The position numbers and the translations under genes were made by a program. The notes beneath the pieces were generated by a model, which did not search any database, had not been told where the DNA came from, and saw only the letters and a list, made by a program, of their open reading frames with translations. This document shows positions 37,626 to 47,891 of a stretch of DNA of 64,000 nucleotides, piece after piece. Position 1 is the stretch's first letter. Each line of letters begins with the position of its first letter. The DNA lies in IMG/VR virus record IMGVR_UViG_3300025138_000016, one strand, 5' to 3'. This stretch comes from a virus.

Positions 37626-39236
37626 CTACCAGTCAGCTATTTTCGAATAGCCATCTAATGTATCCATCTCCATACCGTCATTTAAAAAACCGAATGGTAG
37701 AACTTCTTCTTCAATATATTTCTGTTGTCCAGCTTGAAGAACTTTTCTAACATCGGTACTGCTTATTTCTTTATAATAATCTTGTATACTTAACCAGCCA
37801 AAGAGAACAAGGCACATCACGAGGTCATCATGATTACCGCCTTCTGCTTCCCAAGACTCAGCTCTTTGAACAAAATGCGTGAGTTCATCTAGTATACGAA
37901 AATCGTTGATAACTAGTTGATCACCTTCTATTAATGTCTTTAGATTTAGGCATCCTGTACGTTTGACTTGCTTCGTAGTCTTAACGCCAAAGTACTGTCC
38001 ACCACTACCAAACCCTGATGATAGAACCTGTCCGGCTCTACCTCTTGCTGCTGACATAAGTACGTTTTCTAATTCCATATCATTATGTAAAGTCTCTACT
38101 ACCGACATACCAATATCGTTTGATTCAACTAGTATGTAAGCATTATTAAACTTTCTATGGAATTGAGCAATCACTTGCGGGAAGTTAAAAGGTGATACTT
38201 CATTGTCCTGATACACAGCTACAACCGCAGCTGGTGATACAGTTACATCTATTGCTATAATAGCTGACGCATCTTTATTAACTCCTCTCGCTGTATCAAC
38301 TAATAGAAAATATGTATGGTCCATCTCTGGTTGTACATATATTCTCGTTGATCCTTGCTCCCATATTGGTCGTTCATATACTAAACGTTTCAGTGTTGAA
38401 GGTGATATAAGTGTATTAGATGAACCAATAAACTCACATTCAAACTCAACTCTAAATTGATCTTCAGACGTATTTCTTATAGTCTGCTCTTTCCACTTCT
38501 CATCTCTTCCAGGTACGTCCGACCAATGGACATCAATACGCTTATAATCATTATGACCGTTCTCACTATCATTCCATATCTTATAGAATAAATTAAGTCC
38601 GTTAGGCGTTGATGTAACAAGTACCTTAGATGTTTGACCAGATGAAATCGTAGGATATACAGAAGCAAAGAACTCTTCTTGTATATGCGTTGGTACGAAA
38701 GCAAACTCGTCTAAGTAAATTAGGTTAAAAGATCCACCCCTTATAGCTGATGCCGAGGTAGATGCTGCTAATATTTTTGAGCCATTTTCTAGCTCTACGT
38801 TACCTTTGTTCCATTCCACTACACCAAGTTGTAACCATCTTGGTAAATGCTCATATGCTAATGCTATACGAGATAGAATCTCTCTTGATTGTTGAGACTT
38901 ATGAGCTAGAATAGCTATAGAGAATGATTCATGAAACATTAAATACCATAATAGAACAGCTGCAACCGTAGTTGTCTTACCTGTCTGTCTAGGCATCTTA
39001 CATATTACAAAACGCTCATCTTGTATTAATCGTACTATATCTTTCTGGAAGTCATATAGGTTAAAAGGTATTAGACCTTCATCAACGTTAACGATTTGAA
39101 TATGAGTAGTAATAAAATGAAGTGGGTCTTGTGAGCATTTAACAAACTCTTGTATCTGCTCAGGAGTAAACTCTTGAGGTACGTTAGCTCGTTTCAGGTT
39201 TGGATTACCTAAGTAGTTCTCTCTAGCTTGTACCAT
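37626..39236 (-). CDS. gp17: terminase large subunit (gp17)
   Basis: YLGNPNLK, PRQTGKTT, LDEFAFV, STPNG, HDDLVM. Confidence 0.98.
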   Translation of the reverse strand: MVQARENYLGNPNLKRANVPQEFTPEQIQEFVKCSQDPLHFITTHIQIVNVDEGLIPFNLYDFQKDIVRLIQDERFVICKMPRQTGKTTTVAAVLLWYLMFHESFSIAILAHKSQQSREILSRIALAYEHLPRWLQLGVVEWNKGNVELENGSKILAASTSASAIRGGSFNLIYLDEFAFVPTHIQEEFFASVYPTISSGQTSKVLVTSTPNGLNLFYKIWNDSENGHNDYKRIDVHWSDVPGRDEKWKEQTIRNTSEDQFRVEFECEFIGSSNTLISPSTLKRLVYERPIWEQGSTRIYVQPEMDHTYFLLVDTARGVNKDASAIIAIDVTVSPAAVVAVYQDNEVSPFNFPQVIAQFHRKFNNAYILVESNDIGMSVVETLHNDMELENVLMSAARGRAGQVLSSGFGSGGQYFGVKTTKQVKRTGCLNLKTLIEGDQLVINDFRILDELTHFVQRAESWEAEGGNHDDLVMCLVLFGWLSIQDYYKEISSTDVRKVLQAGQQKYIEEEVLPFGFLNDGMEMDTLDGYSKIADW

Positions 39237-39627
39237 CGTCCATCTGCTTCTTAATTAGCTTTTGTAGTTCGCCAGTAGATCCAACGAATAGAGTATTGTT
39301 GACTGTATTAGGACCTTCTTTTTTACCACCTTCATCATTAGTTATATCTTGTTTCTTCTTAGTAATATCCATAAGCGTCATATTTGCATCGGATAATGTT
39401 CTTACTAATGTAGCGACTACTTCATATGCTCTAGGATGTTGACCTTGTTGAGCTACTTGTAGTAAATCATTTAACGCAACTGAGCCGTTCTCTATAACTT
39501 GATAGAGATTACCTCGTGCATACTCAAAGTCATTCTCCAACTTAGAGTCTTTTACAAGTGCTTTCGCTGTTGTTATGTCTTGCTCTAGAGGCTGAAGCTC
39601 TAAGAAGTCACCTATTTTATCATCCAT
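39223..39627 (-). CDS. gp16: terminase small subunit (gp16)
   Basis: DFEYARGNL..HPRAYEV..NNTLFVGSTGELQK. Confidence 0.94.
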   Translation of the reverse strand: MDDKIGDFLELQPLEQDITTAKALVKDSKLENDFEYARGNLYQVIENGSVALNDLLQVAQQGQHPRAYEVVATLVRTLSDANMTLMDITKKKQDITNDEGGKKEGPNTVNNTLFVGSTGELQKLIKKQMDDGTS

Positions 39628-40447
39628 TAAATGTATTCGCTGTTATATAACCATAATTACTGTTGGCGTTTATATCATCTATATTTATGCTAACCGAAGA
39701 ATTAGATGTTGGATTGCCGTTTGCGTCAACACCAGGAGTAATAACTACCTTAGATGCTGCGTCTGTTGGGAATGTAAATGATCCAGCTGCTCCAGGATCA
39801 ACATGAAACTGTGTATTAGCTTGCTTAATAATATCTGACTTCTCTGTTACAGGTCCAAATACATAGCCTTTAATCTCAAATGATAGTGTATGTATTAATT
39901 GTCTTCTAGTCTGAAAGTCTTGTTCATATTCATCTCTTGTATTTAAATTTAAAAACACAACAGGTATATCAAACTTAAGATCAGGCATATCATCAAGTAG
40001 CTTGAGAGTAGCCGTGTACTCAGGAGTGAAGTAAGGTAATATTTGTTCTAATATACGCACACCATCTTCAGCATTTTTAACTGCTATATTTAACTCAAAG
40101 TCAATATTAAATGGCTGCGGATTAAAAACTGATTTAAGATTATAATTATGAGTAGATGCAGCGTATAACTTCTTTAATGGGTTCATTCTTCTTTCAGAAT
40201 CATATCTAAAGTTAGTCATCTCAAATGACATTCTTGGAAGCTGTACAGCTACTTGTCTATCTGCATTAGGATCTACGTCGCCTCTTATAATATATTTTTG
40301 ACGAGGACCATAACTAATAGGTACCTTCATCGTCTGTATTGTTGTACCAGCTTGGTTAACTCTATCTATCTCTATATTATTAAATAGAGTACCAAAGTAT
40401 ACTACGTATTTTCTTATAACGCCATTGTAATATTTAGTATTAAACAT
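39620..40447 (-). CDS. gp15: tail sheath terminator (gp15)
   Basis: FGTLFNNI..VPISYGPRQK..LPRMSFE..EQILPYFTP. Confidence 0.95.
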   Translation of the reverse strand: MFNTKYYNGVIRKYVVYFGTLFNNIEIDRVNQAGTTIQTMKVPISYGPRQKYIIRGDVDPNADRQVAVQLPRMSFEMTNFRYDSERRMNPLKKLYAASTHNYNLKSVFNPQPFNIDFELNIAVKNAEDGVRILEQILPYFTPEYTATLKLLDDMPDLKFDIPVVFLNLNTRDEYEQDFQTRRQLIHTLSFEIKGYVFGPVTEKSDIIKQANTQFHVDPGAAGSFTFPTDAASKVVITPGVDANGNPTSNSSVSINIDDINANSNYGYITANTFNG

Positions 40448-41214
40448 TAGAAGTCATTCTCACTAAATGGATTTATGTCACTGAAGTCAATAAACTCTGC
40501 TGCTTCATCTTGGAAGAATGTTGTAGTATCTCCCTTATCGACTAATCTCTTATCTTCATTGTCGTTAGTTATAACTATTCCTGATTCAGTCATTATCATA
40601 ACACCTGCTTCAGTAGCAAGAGTTAACTCATCAAGTTTAGCATCAATTGAATATGTTGTTGTCATTGCATCAATGACAGGAATACCAGTCTGGAATAGCT
40701 CTCCAGAGTATTCAAATTTCTCTAATGATACATCAAACGTTTGTAGGTTGCCTAATTGATAGAATACAGAGTCAGTTTGAACATACTTAACTTCAAATAC
40801 AGCTCCTATCTCAGTCTCAATAGAACCTCTTACCCATGGTAAGAATATAAGATCGCCTTCTCTCGGTCTTGTTATAGACGGATCAAACTCTTCTACTTCT
40901 TCATGGAATCTTCTACGTGCATATGTTATGTTAATTTGATCTCTTATCTCTAGACCAAACTTACTCATAAAGGTACCTTCACCTTCATATCCTTCTACGG
41001 ATTTAACATATAACTCTAATGGGTAACTTGTATCGAATGATGATAACGGAGCCTCTCCATAAAGGAGATCTGTCTCTACTCTATTTCTTGGCAGGTAAAA
41101 ACTATCCTGTCCATATATCTGTATAGACTCAATGACAAGATTATCGATAAGCCTCTGTTCACCAGATGCTTCGTAATTTTGAAAATAGTTAGATCGTCCG
41201 TTATTTGTTGGCAT
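40447..41214 (-). CDS. gp14: neck protein (gp14)
   Basis: ESIQIYG..YLPR..SKFGL..RPREGDLI..FYQLG..DFSDINPF. Confidence 0.94.
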   Translation of the reverse strand: MPTNNGRSNYFQNYEASGEQRLIDNLVIESIQIYGQDSFYLPRNRVETDLLYGEAPLSSFDTSYPLELYVKSVEGYEGEGTFMSKFGLEIRDQINITYARRRFHEEVEEFDPSITRPREGDLIFLPWVRGSIETEIGAVFEVKYVQTDSVFYQLGNLQTFDVSLEKFEYSGELFQTGIPVIDAMTTTYSIDAKLDELTLATEAGVMIMTESGIVITNDNEDKRLVDKGDTTTFFQDEAAEFIDFSDINPFSENDF

Positions 41215-41220
41215 TGTTCA

Positions 41221-41967
41221 TTAACCGACCATATCTGAAACAGGTAAGCTGTATGATGAAATCATCTCTTGTTCGAGTTTTGCGATTTCAGCTCCTGCGT
41301 CATCCATAATCTTGCCCCCATTAAATTGTACACCGCCTGGTAGTTGCATTCCATCGAACTTAGTTAAATTAGCTCCCCACTGATATTTAATCTTTTCAGC
41401 GGCATAAGCCAATAACCATCTGTCTTTGTAGACGTCAGGAAAAGTTTCAGGATCAACAATCTGGTAACACTCGGCGATTATATGATCACCTACTTGTAAT
41501 TTAGTCCAGTCCATGTCGATATATAATCTATTTATGTTCCTATTAAATCTAATAGGCTGCCTACCCACTAATAACTCTTCAATGAATTGAATGTGTTGCA
41601 TATTAGTATAGTAAGTCACGAGAGATTGATTGAAGGATGTCAGATCATATAGATCGTTCAATGCAATTTGATATCTTATATTAAATAAGTTATTGGTTGA
41701 TAAAGCATCACCAATATCAAAGACGCGGACAGCACCGATTATATTATCCGGTACTTCCACGTATTTGTTTGTTATATTATCAGCTGTAACTACCCACTTA
41801 TAGTATTCTTTCGATACACCATCAAAGTGATAATCCCAATAGTAAGATAATGCTTCGTCAATTCTATCTTCGACTTGCATATCCTCTACATTGATCTCAA
41901 TTACTGGATAACCCAGCTTTCTTAGACAATGTTCTTTAAATCCCGTTCTGGTCGTTGGCAATGCCAT
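41221..41967 (-). CDS. gp13: neck protein (gp13)
   Basis: CLRKLGYPVIEINV..YHFDG..QWGANLTKF..LPGGVQFNG. Confidence 0.95.
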   Translation of the reverse strand: MALPTTRTGFKEHCLRKLGYPVIEINVEDMQVEDRIDEALSYYWDYHFDGVSKEYYKWVVTADNITNKYVEVPDNIIGAVRVFDIGDALSTNNLFNIRYQIALNDLYDLTSFNQSLVTYYTNMQHIQFIEELLVGRQPIRFNRNINRLYIDMDWTKLQVGDHIIAECYQIVDPETFPDVYKDRWLLAYAAEKIKYQWGANLTKFDGMQLPGGVQFNGGKIMDDAGAEIAKLEQEMISSYSLPVSDMVG

Positions 41968-41973
41968 TAGGTG

Positions 41974-43815
41974 TTACCCCCAAATAAGCGATCCGGAACT
42001 GTTATAAACTTTCAATACTCTATTAGAACTATCTTGTAGTGAAGATATAATCGCATTAGCTGATATTGTTACATCGTTAAATGTTACGTTATCTGTTGTG
42101 CCAACGCTCTGTCCTATATGAACACCTGTTGAATTAGATGTTACACCTGTTCCACCTGTTACGGCTATGTTTCTAGTTGCAGTAATATTACCACCACCAG
42201 TTAAACCATTTCCAGCTGTTATCGAAACGCTTGAGTGATCTATATGCTCGTTTGCAACGAACCCACTTAAGCTGTCATGAACAATTTGCGAATCATTAGT
42301 AAAGACTCCAGTGCTGTTAGCTGTGATACCTGTTCCAGGTACTACTGCTAGTGATGGCTCCCATCCAGCTCCAGGCGTACCTGATACTGAAAGACCACTT
42401 CCAACTGTTACGTTGTCTACAAAGTTACCAGATGTATCTGTATCAAGTGCAATCGCTACACCTTTATGACGTAAGTCATAATAAGCCGATCCATCTTCAG
42501 TAACTTGCCACTTGTCTGTGCCTTCGTCCCACTGTAATTTTACGTTTGTTGATGTACCACGTTCTACTTCGATTCCAGCATCCTCTGAAGGAGTACCAGA
42601 TTCGTTATTATTAAGAACGATAATGTTATCATCAACTGTTAAAGTTTCTGTACTTATAGTAGTTTGAGTACCTTGTACAGTTAAGTTGCCAGAGATAACC
42701 ATATCTCTGAATGTTACGTCGTTTGTTGTACCTACGGACTGTCCAATATGTACACCAGATGTATTTGATACTACACCTGTTCCAGCTAATACTTTTACTG
42801 TTGTTGAGTTAGCTCCAAGACCAAGTCCTGCTAGGAAATGAACACCAGTTGAATTAGATGCTATACCAGTACCTGGTTTAACTGCAACGTCATCTGCGTT
42901 AACAGTCATACCATCACCAGCACCTACTGCAAATGTTCTAGTAGAAGCGATTGTACCACCACCTGATAGACCGCCACCGGCTGTCATTGTGACGCCTGTA
43001 TGATCTATATTTTCATTTACATCATATCCACTTAATGTTGTATGATCAATAACCTGAGCATTAACGGATATTCCGTCTGCTGTAACTACTATTGAAGTAT
43101 CATCTGCTACAACATCAAATGTTCTAGTAGTATTAATAGCTCCACCACCAGTCATACCAGCACCAGCTGTCATTGTGACAGTTGTATGATCTATGTACTT
43201 ATTAGCTACAAAGTTATTTAAACTTGTAATATCAATAGCGCCTGTATTAACATGTAATCCAGTTGAGTTAGCTATTGTTATTGAGTCACCTGAGTTAATA
43301 GCTAATGTTCTATTAGCTTCTAAGGTTCCACCACCTGTTAGTCCGTTACCAGCGATCGTGCTTACTGAGCTATGATCGATATGTTCATTAGCCACATACC
43401 CATTTAATAGGTCATGGTTAAGAGCAGCTGCATTAACAGAGAGCCCTGAAGAACCGTTTAGAAGCGTTCCACCGTCCAACTCTAAGTGAATACCACTTGA
43501 GTTAGAAACGAACCCGTCTCCATCGAATACGATTGTCTGAGCATATGTTGTACCGTCACCAGTGCCTAATACGAATGTTGTATTAGCTGCTGTATATACA
43601 AAACTTGATACACCACTTACTGCTGCTGATTGTACGTTTGTTACTATGCCTTTTGCTGTTACGGTAACGACAGGTATGGAAGTAGAGTTACCATAAGTCC
43701 CGGCCGATGCGCCTGACGCAGGCAATGCTGTAGAGTTAACTACACCTGTTCCATTAACAACTTCAACGCCGCCAACTTCAAGGCCGTTTTTTACTCTAAA
43801 ATTTTGATTTGCCAT
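41974..43815 (-). CDS. fibre-like virion protein with HIDH/GLTGGG repeats
   Basis: 613 aa, G/T/S/N-rich; N-terminal FRVKNGL; four (N/Y/H)IDH..AG.G.TGGG repeats; AGIEVERG...WDE fibre module. Confidence 0.75.
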   Translation of the reverse strand: MANQNFRVKNGLEVGGVEVVNGTGVVNSTALPASGASAGTYGNSTSIPVVTVTAKGIVTNVQSAAVSGVSSFVYTAANTTFVLGTGDGTTYAQTIVFDGDGFVSNSSGIHLELDGGTLLNGSSGLSVNAAALNHDLLNGYVANEHIDHSSVSTIAGNGLTGGGTLEANRTLAINSGDSITIANSTGLHVNTGAIDITSLNNFVANKYIDHTTVTMTAGAGMTGGGAINTTRTFDVVADDTSIVVTADGISVNAQVIDHTTLSGYDVNENIDHTGVTMTAGGGLSGGGTIASTRTFAVGAGDGMTVNADDVAVKPGTGIASNSTGVHFLAGLGLGANSTTVKVLAGTGVVSNTSGVHIGQSVGTTNDVTFRDMVISGNLTVQGTQTTISTETLTVDDNIIVLNNNESGTPSEDAGIEVERGTSTNVKLQWDEGTDKWQVTEDGSAYYDLRHKGVAIALDTDTSGNFVDNVTVGSGLSVSGTPGAGWEPSLAVVPGTGITANSTGVFTNDSQIVHDSLSGFVANEHIDHSSVSITAGNGLTGGGNITATRNIAVTGGTGVTSNSTGVHIGQSVGTTDNVTFNDVTISANAIISSLQDSSNRVLKVYNSSGSLIWG

Positions 43816-43835
43816 TTATTCCCCTATACCCTTAT

Positions 43836-44246
43836 TTATCCGTTTACGAATTCTACTGAGAACTTAACGCTCGTAGAACTGTTTACTGGTGTTACTTGTG
43901 TTACTACGTTTGCTCCTGAGATGGTTGCATCTAGAGTATAAAGTGACGCATCACTTTCTAATACACCATACTCAGTTACGTATACTGTTGTGTCATCATG
44001 TCCTATTAAGAATAATGATGAATGAAATTCTCCGCCCTGCTCTGCTGCGATATGATATAGTGCTGATTGGTAATCTGCTTTCGCAAACTGATGTAGAGTT
44101 ACTTGAGTAGCTCCTAATCCAGTTAACGATTTTCTTGTTTTACCTTCTGAGTTAATTGACTTAGTTGTTGAAAGTAAATCATTTGAACTGTCGTAGTTAA
44201 TATGTCTAATCAGCTCTGCGAGGCTCATTGCTTTTGTCTTTGGCAT
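43836..44246 (-). CDS. small virion structural/adaptor protein
   Basis: YQSALY..HD..VYVTEYG domain, similar to the C-terminal domain of 44260-45147. Confidence 0.65.
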   Translation of the reverse strand: MPKTKAMSLAELIRHINYDSSNDLLSTTKSINSEGKTRKSLTGLGATQVTLHQFAKADYQSALYHIAAEQGGEFHSSLFLIGHDDTTVYVTEYGVLESDASLYTLDATISGANVVTQVTPVNSSTSVKFSVEFVNG

Positions 44247-44259
44247 TTTAGATTATCTC

Positions 44260-45147
44260 CTATGACCTAATTAATATTTTCTTGAAAGTAAACGTTGTGC
44301 CTGCTCCAGAAGGAGTGGCCCTCAATCTAACACTTCCACCATTTGTATCTGCACTTAAAGTGTATATCGTATTATTGGAATATACTGAACCGTATTCAGT
44401 TATAAATCCATCAGTTCCATCATGAAGCACGATTGCTTCACTAGATTGCCATGAATCTGAAGTGTTAGCAGTCACTAAGTATTTAGCAGATCTGTACGTC
44501 CCGACAGTGAATGTATCCAATGTAATTACTGAAGTATCACCTGAAGATATATCTGCTGGTGCAGCTAAGTCTACTGGATCATTAACTCCAATTACACCAA
44601 CTTTTCTTACTTCAAGAACATCACCGTTTACTGTTGGACTGGTTAATGTAATTGCTGTTGAATTAGTTTGTGCATAGTCATCCGATCTTACAAGCTTAAC
44701 ACCATTTAGGAATACGTCTTCTGTTCCTGCTGTATATGATAGTGTTTGTGAATTATCATCTGATCCTTCGATTAGAGTTTTTGTGCTCGTAATTGAGAAT
44801 GTAAAATTTGTAACCTGTACTGCAGCTGATTCTTGATCCGCAAACGATATATCGCCTGTTGAGTTAGCTATTAATACTTGGTTTGTTGTTCCAACTTGAG
44901 CTGGAAATGAGTATCCATTAACATGTAGTCCTTCAATGACTGCATGACCTGAACCATTAATTGTTGCATTGCCACTACCAACTGTCAGTGTTGTTACATT
45001 AGCTCCGACTTCGAATATAACTGAACCATTAGAGCCATATAGGACTCCGTCTGGTAAGTTAAGTGCTAATTCACCTGTTGATATGTGGGATGTGTTCGGC
45101 GCCTGACCTGATACGGCAGAACGCTTCAATAGAATTTTTGATGCCAT
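44260..45147 (-). CDS. virion structural/adaptor protein
   Basis: N-terminal ILLKRS..P..GELALN; central DVFLNGVKL; C-terminal DTF..YRSAKY..HDG..EYG. Confidence 0.7.
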   Translation of the reverse strand: MASKILLKRSAVSGQAPNTSHISTGELALNLPDGVLYGSNGSVIFEVGANVTTLTVGSGNATINGSGHAVIEGLHVNGYSFPAQVGTTNQVLIANSTGDISFADQESAAVQVTNFTFSITSTKTLIEGSDDNSQTLSYTAGTEDVFLNGVKLVRSDDYAQTNSTAITLTSPTVNGDVLEVRKVGVIGVNDPVDLAAPADISSGDTSVITLDTFTVGTYRSAKYLVTANTSDSWQSSEAIVLHDGTDGFITEYGSVYSNNTIYTLSADTNGGSVRLRATPSGAGTTFTFKKILIRS

Positions 45148-45182
45148 CTTCGTGTCCCTTATTTAAGGTGGGTAAGGGAAGG

Positions 45183-45440
45183 TTAAATCTTAATCTTCTT
45201 CTTACCTGAAGTCTTTTTCGGTTCTTGAATTGCTTCAGTTCCGTAAGTATCTTCAGTAGTATTTACTACCTGTGTTAATTGTTGCAATTCTGCTCTTTGA
45301 GCAATGATTGCTTCTTCTTGTTGCCTATTAACGTCTTTTAACATTTGGTGCTGTGCCTTCAGGCTAATAATCTCTAAGACTTTAGCCTGAAGTTCAGCGT
45401 TAATCGCAGCTATATAAGCTTTCACATATTCTTCGTTCAT
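45183..45440 (-). CDS. small coiled-coil protein
   Basis: 85 aa with heptad pattern; TATAAATA at 45464-45471. Confidence 0.7.
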   Translation of the reverse strand: MNEEYVKAYIAAINAELQAKVLEIISLKAQHQMLKDVNRQQEEAIIAQRAELQQLTQVVNTTEDTYGTEAIQEPKKTSGKKKIKI

Positions 45441-45479
45441 AATATATCCTTATTATATAAATTTATTTATACTAATTGC

Positions 45480-47351
45480 TTAGTATGTACCACCATCAAT
45501 AATAGCTTCTAAATAAGCTAAATCAGTAGCAGCATATGTTACAGTTGTTCCAGGCTCAGCTGTGATTCCATCAACAAGAACGAACTTCTTATTAGAATCT
45601 GACTGATCTCTGAATAGACCTGTATACTTGTCTGTTCCACCTTCGTCATATACACCATAGAAACCGATGTCAACTGCGTCAGTGTCAGTACCAGTTTGGT
45701 CCTGAGCAAGTTTTAGCATTGAGTCAGTTAAAGCAACTGTAGATGAGCTAACAATAGTTTGTGTTCCAGATACTGTGAAGTTTCCAGATACTGTTAAGTC
45801 TCCACCAACACTAGCATCATCACTCATTGTGACATTACCAGTTAATGTTGATAAACCAGCTACGTCTAAAGCGCCGTTTAAGTCAGAACCACCAGTTACT
45901 GTTAAAGAACCGTCAGTGCTGATATCTCCAGCTTGAGTAATTACAGCGTTAACTGTAGAGTTACCAATTACTATCGTACCACCTGTTAACAACATGCCAT
46001 CGGCTACTGTTAAGGTATCACTTACTGTTGTATTACCAGTTAATGTTGATAGTCCAGCGACTTCTAAATTACCATTAAGATCAGCCAATCCTGACATAGT
46101 CAGAGTTGAACCTGTTAATGCTCCAGTTATGCCTAATCCACCACCAACGTTTAAGTTAGCAGAAGCAGTTGCATTGCCTGTTAATGTTGATAGACCAGCT
46201 ACTTCTAAATCACCGTTTAGATCTGAAAGACCTGAAGCAGTAAAAGTAGTAAATGTAACAGCTTGTCCATTAGCAACTTTACCAGATGTTAATGTGTCTA
46301 ACTGTCCTTGAATACCTGATGTTACACCAGTTACGTAGTTAAGTTCAGCAGTAGAAGATGTAGCACCGTCTAGCTTGTTTAACTCAGTAGCGTCTGCAGA
46401 TACTGCTGTACCATTTAATGATAGAGCATCTGTTTCTAAAGTACCATCTATATCTACATCACCTGAAATATCAAGAGTAGCAAATACTGATGTACCTGGT
46501 ACTGATATAGGTTGTGTTGCTACTACGTGAGTTGCATTACTGTATAAGTTATCTGGTTGTACAAAAGCACTAGCTCCCATTCCACTATGAGCAGAACAGA
46601 AATAGTATACGCTGTTAGGCGCATCTTGTTGTAGTTTGATTCTTGTATATGAACCTGCACTACCTGGTGTACCTACTTTTTCATAGATCTCAAAACCACT
46701 TGCTGAACCTTCAGATACTTCAGAACCATTTGCTGCTGTACCAAATACTAATGGATGCGTTGCGTTGGTATTGTCTGATTGATCGAACCAGTAAATCATT
46801 CCTGGTACTAATCTTAGGTTTTGTTGTGTTGTTCCGTCGATTTGGTATTTGTTTCCACCATCATTTACAACAGTAACAACATGTTGAGAACCTTTGTTCT
46901 CTACTAGCATTGCTGAAGTAGATGTGTTTGAAACTACTAATCCATTATTACCTGTGATAGTAACTGTATCAGCGTCAGAGTCGCCACCAAGTATAATTGT
47001 ACCTGTTGCTGCTGTTCCGCCTGCAGTTAAATCATAGTCTACGCCAGTTGCGGCGTCTACTGTTACCTGTGTTGAGTTTCCACTAACTGTGATTCCACCG
47101 GTACCAACAAAGGTTACATTATCATTAGATAATGCGTCATTATCAACCGTTAAGGTTAATGATGCTTGTGTTGAGTTTCCTGATGGTACAAAGTTATACT
47201 GGTCACCCGATAGCGTAAAAGCGCTACCTGAAGAGTTAGCAGAATACAGCTTCTTTGCAGCGATATCAATCGCTAATTCGCCTTCTGCTAGTACATTAGT
47301 GCCAGGAGCACCTGTACCTCTTCTTAATTTAATTAATGCCTGTCTAGCCAT
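45480..47351 (-). CDS. fibre-like virion protein with cupredoxin-like insert
   Basis: N-terminal IKLRRG..GELA; HPL...YYFCSAHSGMG domain; GLS(D/T)L(N/T)G repeats; ends IDGGTY. Confidence 0.75.
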   Translation of the reverse strand: MARQALIKLRRGTGAPGTNVLAEGELAIDIAAKKLYSANSSGSAFTLSGDQYNFVPSGNSTQASLTLTVDNDALSNDNVTFVGTGGITVSGNSTQVTVDAATGVDYDLTAGGTAATGTIILGGDSDADTVTITGNNGLVVSNTSTSAMLVENKGSQHVVTVVNDGGNKYQIDGTTQQNLRLVPGMIYWFDQSDNTNATHPLVFGTAANGSEVSEGSASGFEIYEKVGTPGSAGSYTRIKLQQDAPNSVYYFCSAHSGMGASAFVQPDNLYSNATHVVATQPISVPGTSVFATLDISGDVDIDGTLETDALSLNGTAVSADATELNKLDGATSSTAELNYVTGVTSGIQGQLDTLTSGKVANGQAVTFTTFTASGLSDLNGDLEVAGLSTLTGNATASANLNVGGGLGITGALTGSTLTMSGLADLNGNLEVAGLSTLTGNTTVSDTLTVADGMLLTGGTIVIGNSTVNAVITQAGDISTDGSLTVTGGSDLNGALDVAGLSTLTGNVTMSDDASVGGDLTVSGNFTVSGTQTIVSSSTVALTDSMLKLAQDQTGTDTDAVDIGFYGVYDEGGTDKYTGLFRDQSDSNKKFVLVDGITAEPGTTVTYAATDLAYLEAIIDGGTY

Positions 47352-47386
47352 TTTTGTTCCCCTTAAGTATTATCGTGATTATTCTA

Positions 47387-47605
47387 TTATCTTTCGAGCG
47401 ATATATTTAAATCACGATTAACTAATATACGTTTATTTATTAATCTTTGTGAATCAAGCTCTCCTAAGAGAACTTTATTTTCCGCGCTCAATTTTTGATT
47501 CGTTTCAGTTAAAGCGTTTATGATAGTCTGTTGATCTAACATAAATTGACTTATAATCTTACGATCAAAATCATCAAAATCATTAATATTAATATGTGCC
47601 TCCAT
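47387..47605 (-). CDS. small coiled-coil protein
   Basis: 72 aa with heptad pattern, between structural genes. Confidence 0.6.
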   Translation of the reverse strand: MEAHININDFDDFDRKIISQFMLDQQTIINALTETNQKLSAENKVLLGELDSQRLINKRILVNRDLNISLER

Positions 47606-47852
47606 CCAAGTCAGGAAGTGTTATTTCTCCTGTGCTCGAATTATAAGTTATTCCACTTGTATCTGAACCTGGTACTGATATAGCAGCTCTTGCTACTGTA
47701 TTAGAAAAGTATTTGTTTGTGGAACCTTCACCGAGTGAGTCCGTCGTTAGAGTAGAGATAGCAGCTGCTTCAATTTTACCTGCGCTAGTAATTACAGAAT
47801 TGCTTCCGACTATTACTCCGCCAGTGACTTTAAATTGTCTTAATGTTGCCAT
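47589..47852 (-). CDS. small structural adaptor
   Basis: FKVTGG N-terminus, TTDSLGEGSTNKYF repeat unit, ends LDGGTY. Confidence 0.7.
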   Translation of the reverse strand: MATLRQFKVTGGVIVGSNSVITSAGKIEAAAISTLTTDSLGEGSTNKYFSNTVARAAISVPGSDTSGITYNSSTGEITLPDLDGGTY

Positions 47853-47891
47853 TGTTTGATTTCCTCTGTCTATACATCATGTAAGGAAGTA

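Noticed and set aside
991-39236. Introns, inteins or homing endonucleases in gp43, gp46, uvsW, gp17 or gp23
   Set aside because: All are uninterrupted and of ordinary length, with no splicing or endonuclease motifs seen.
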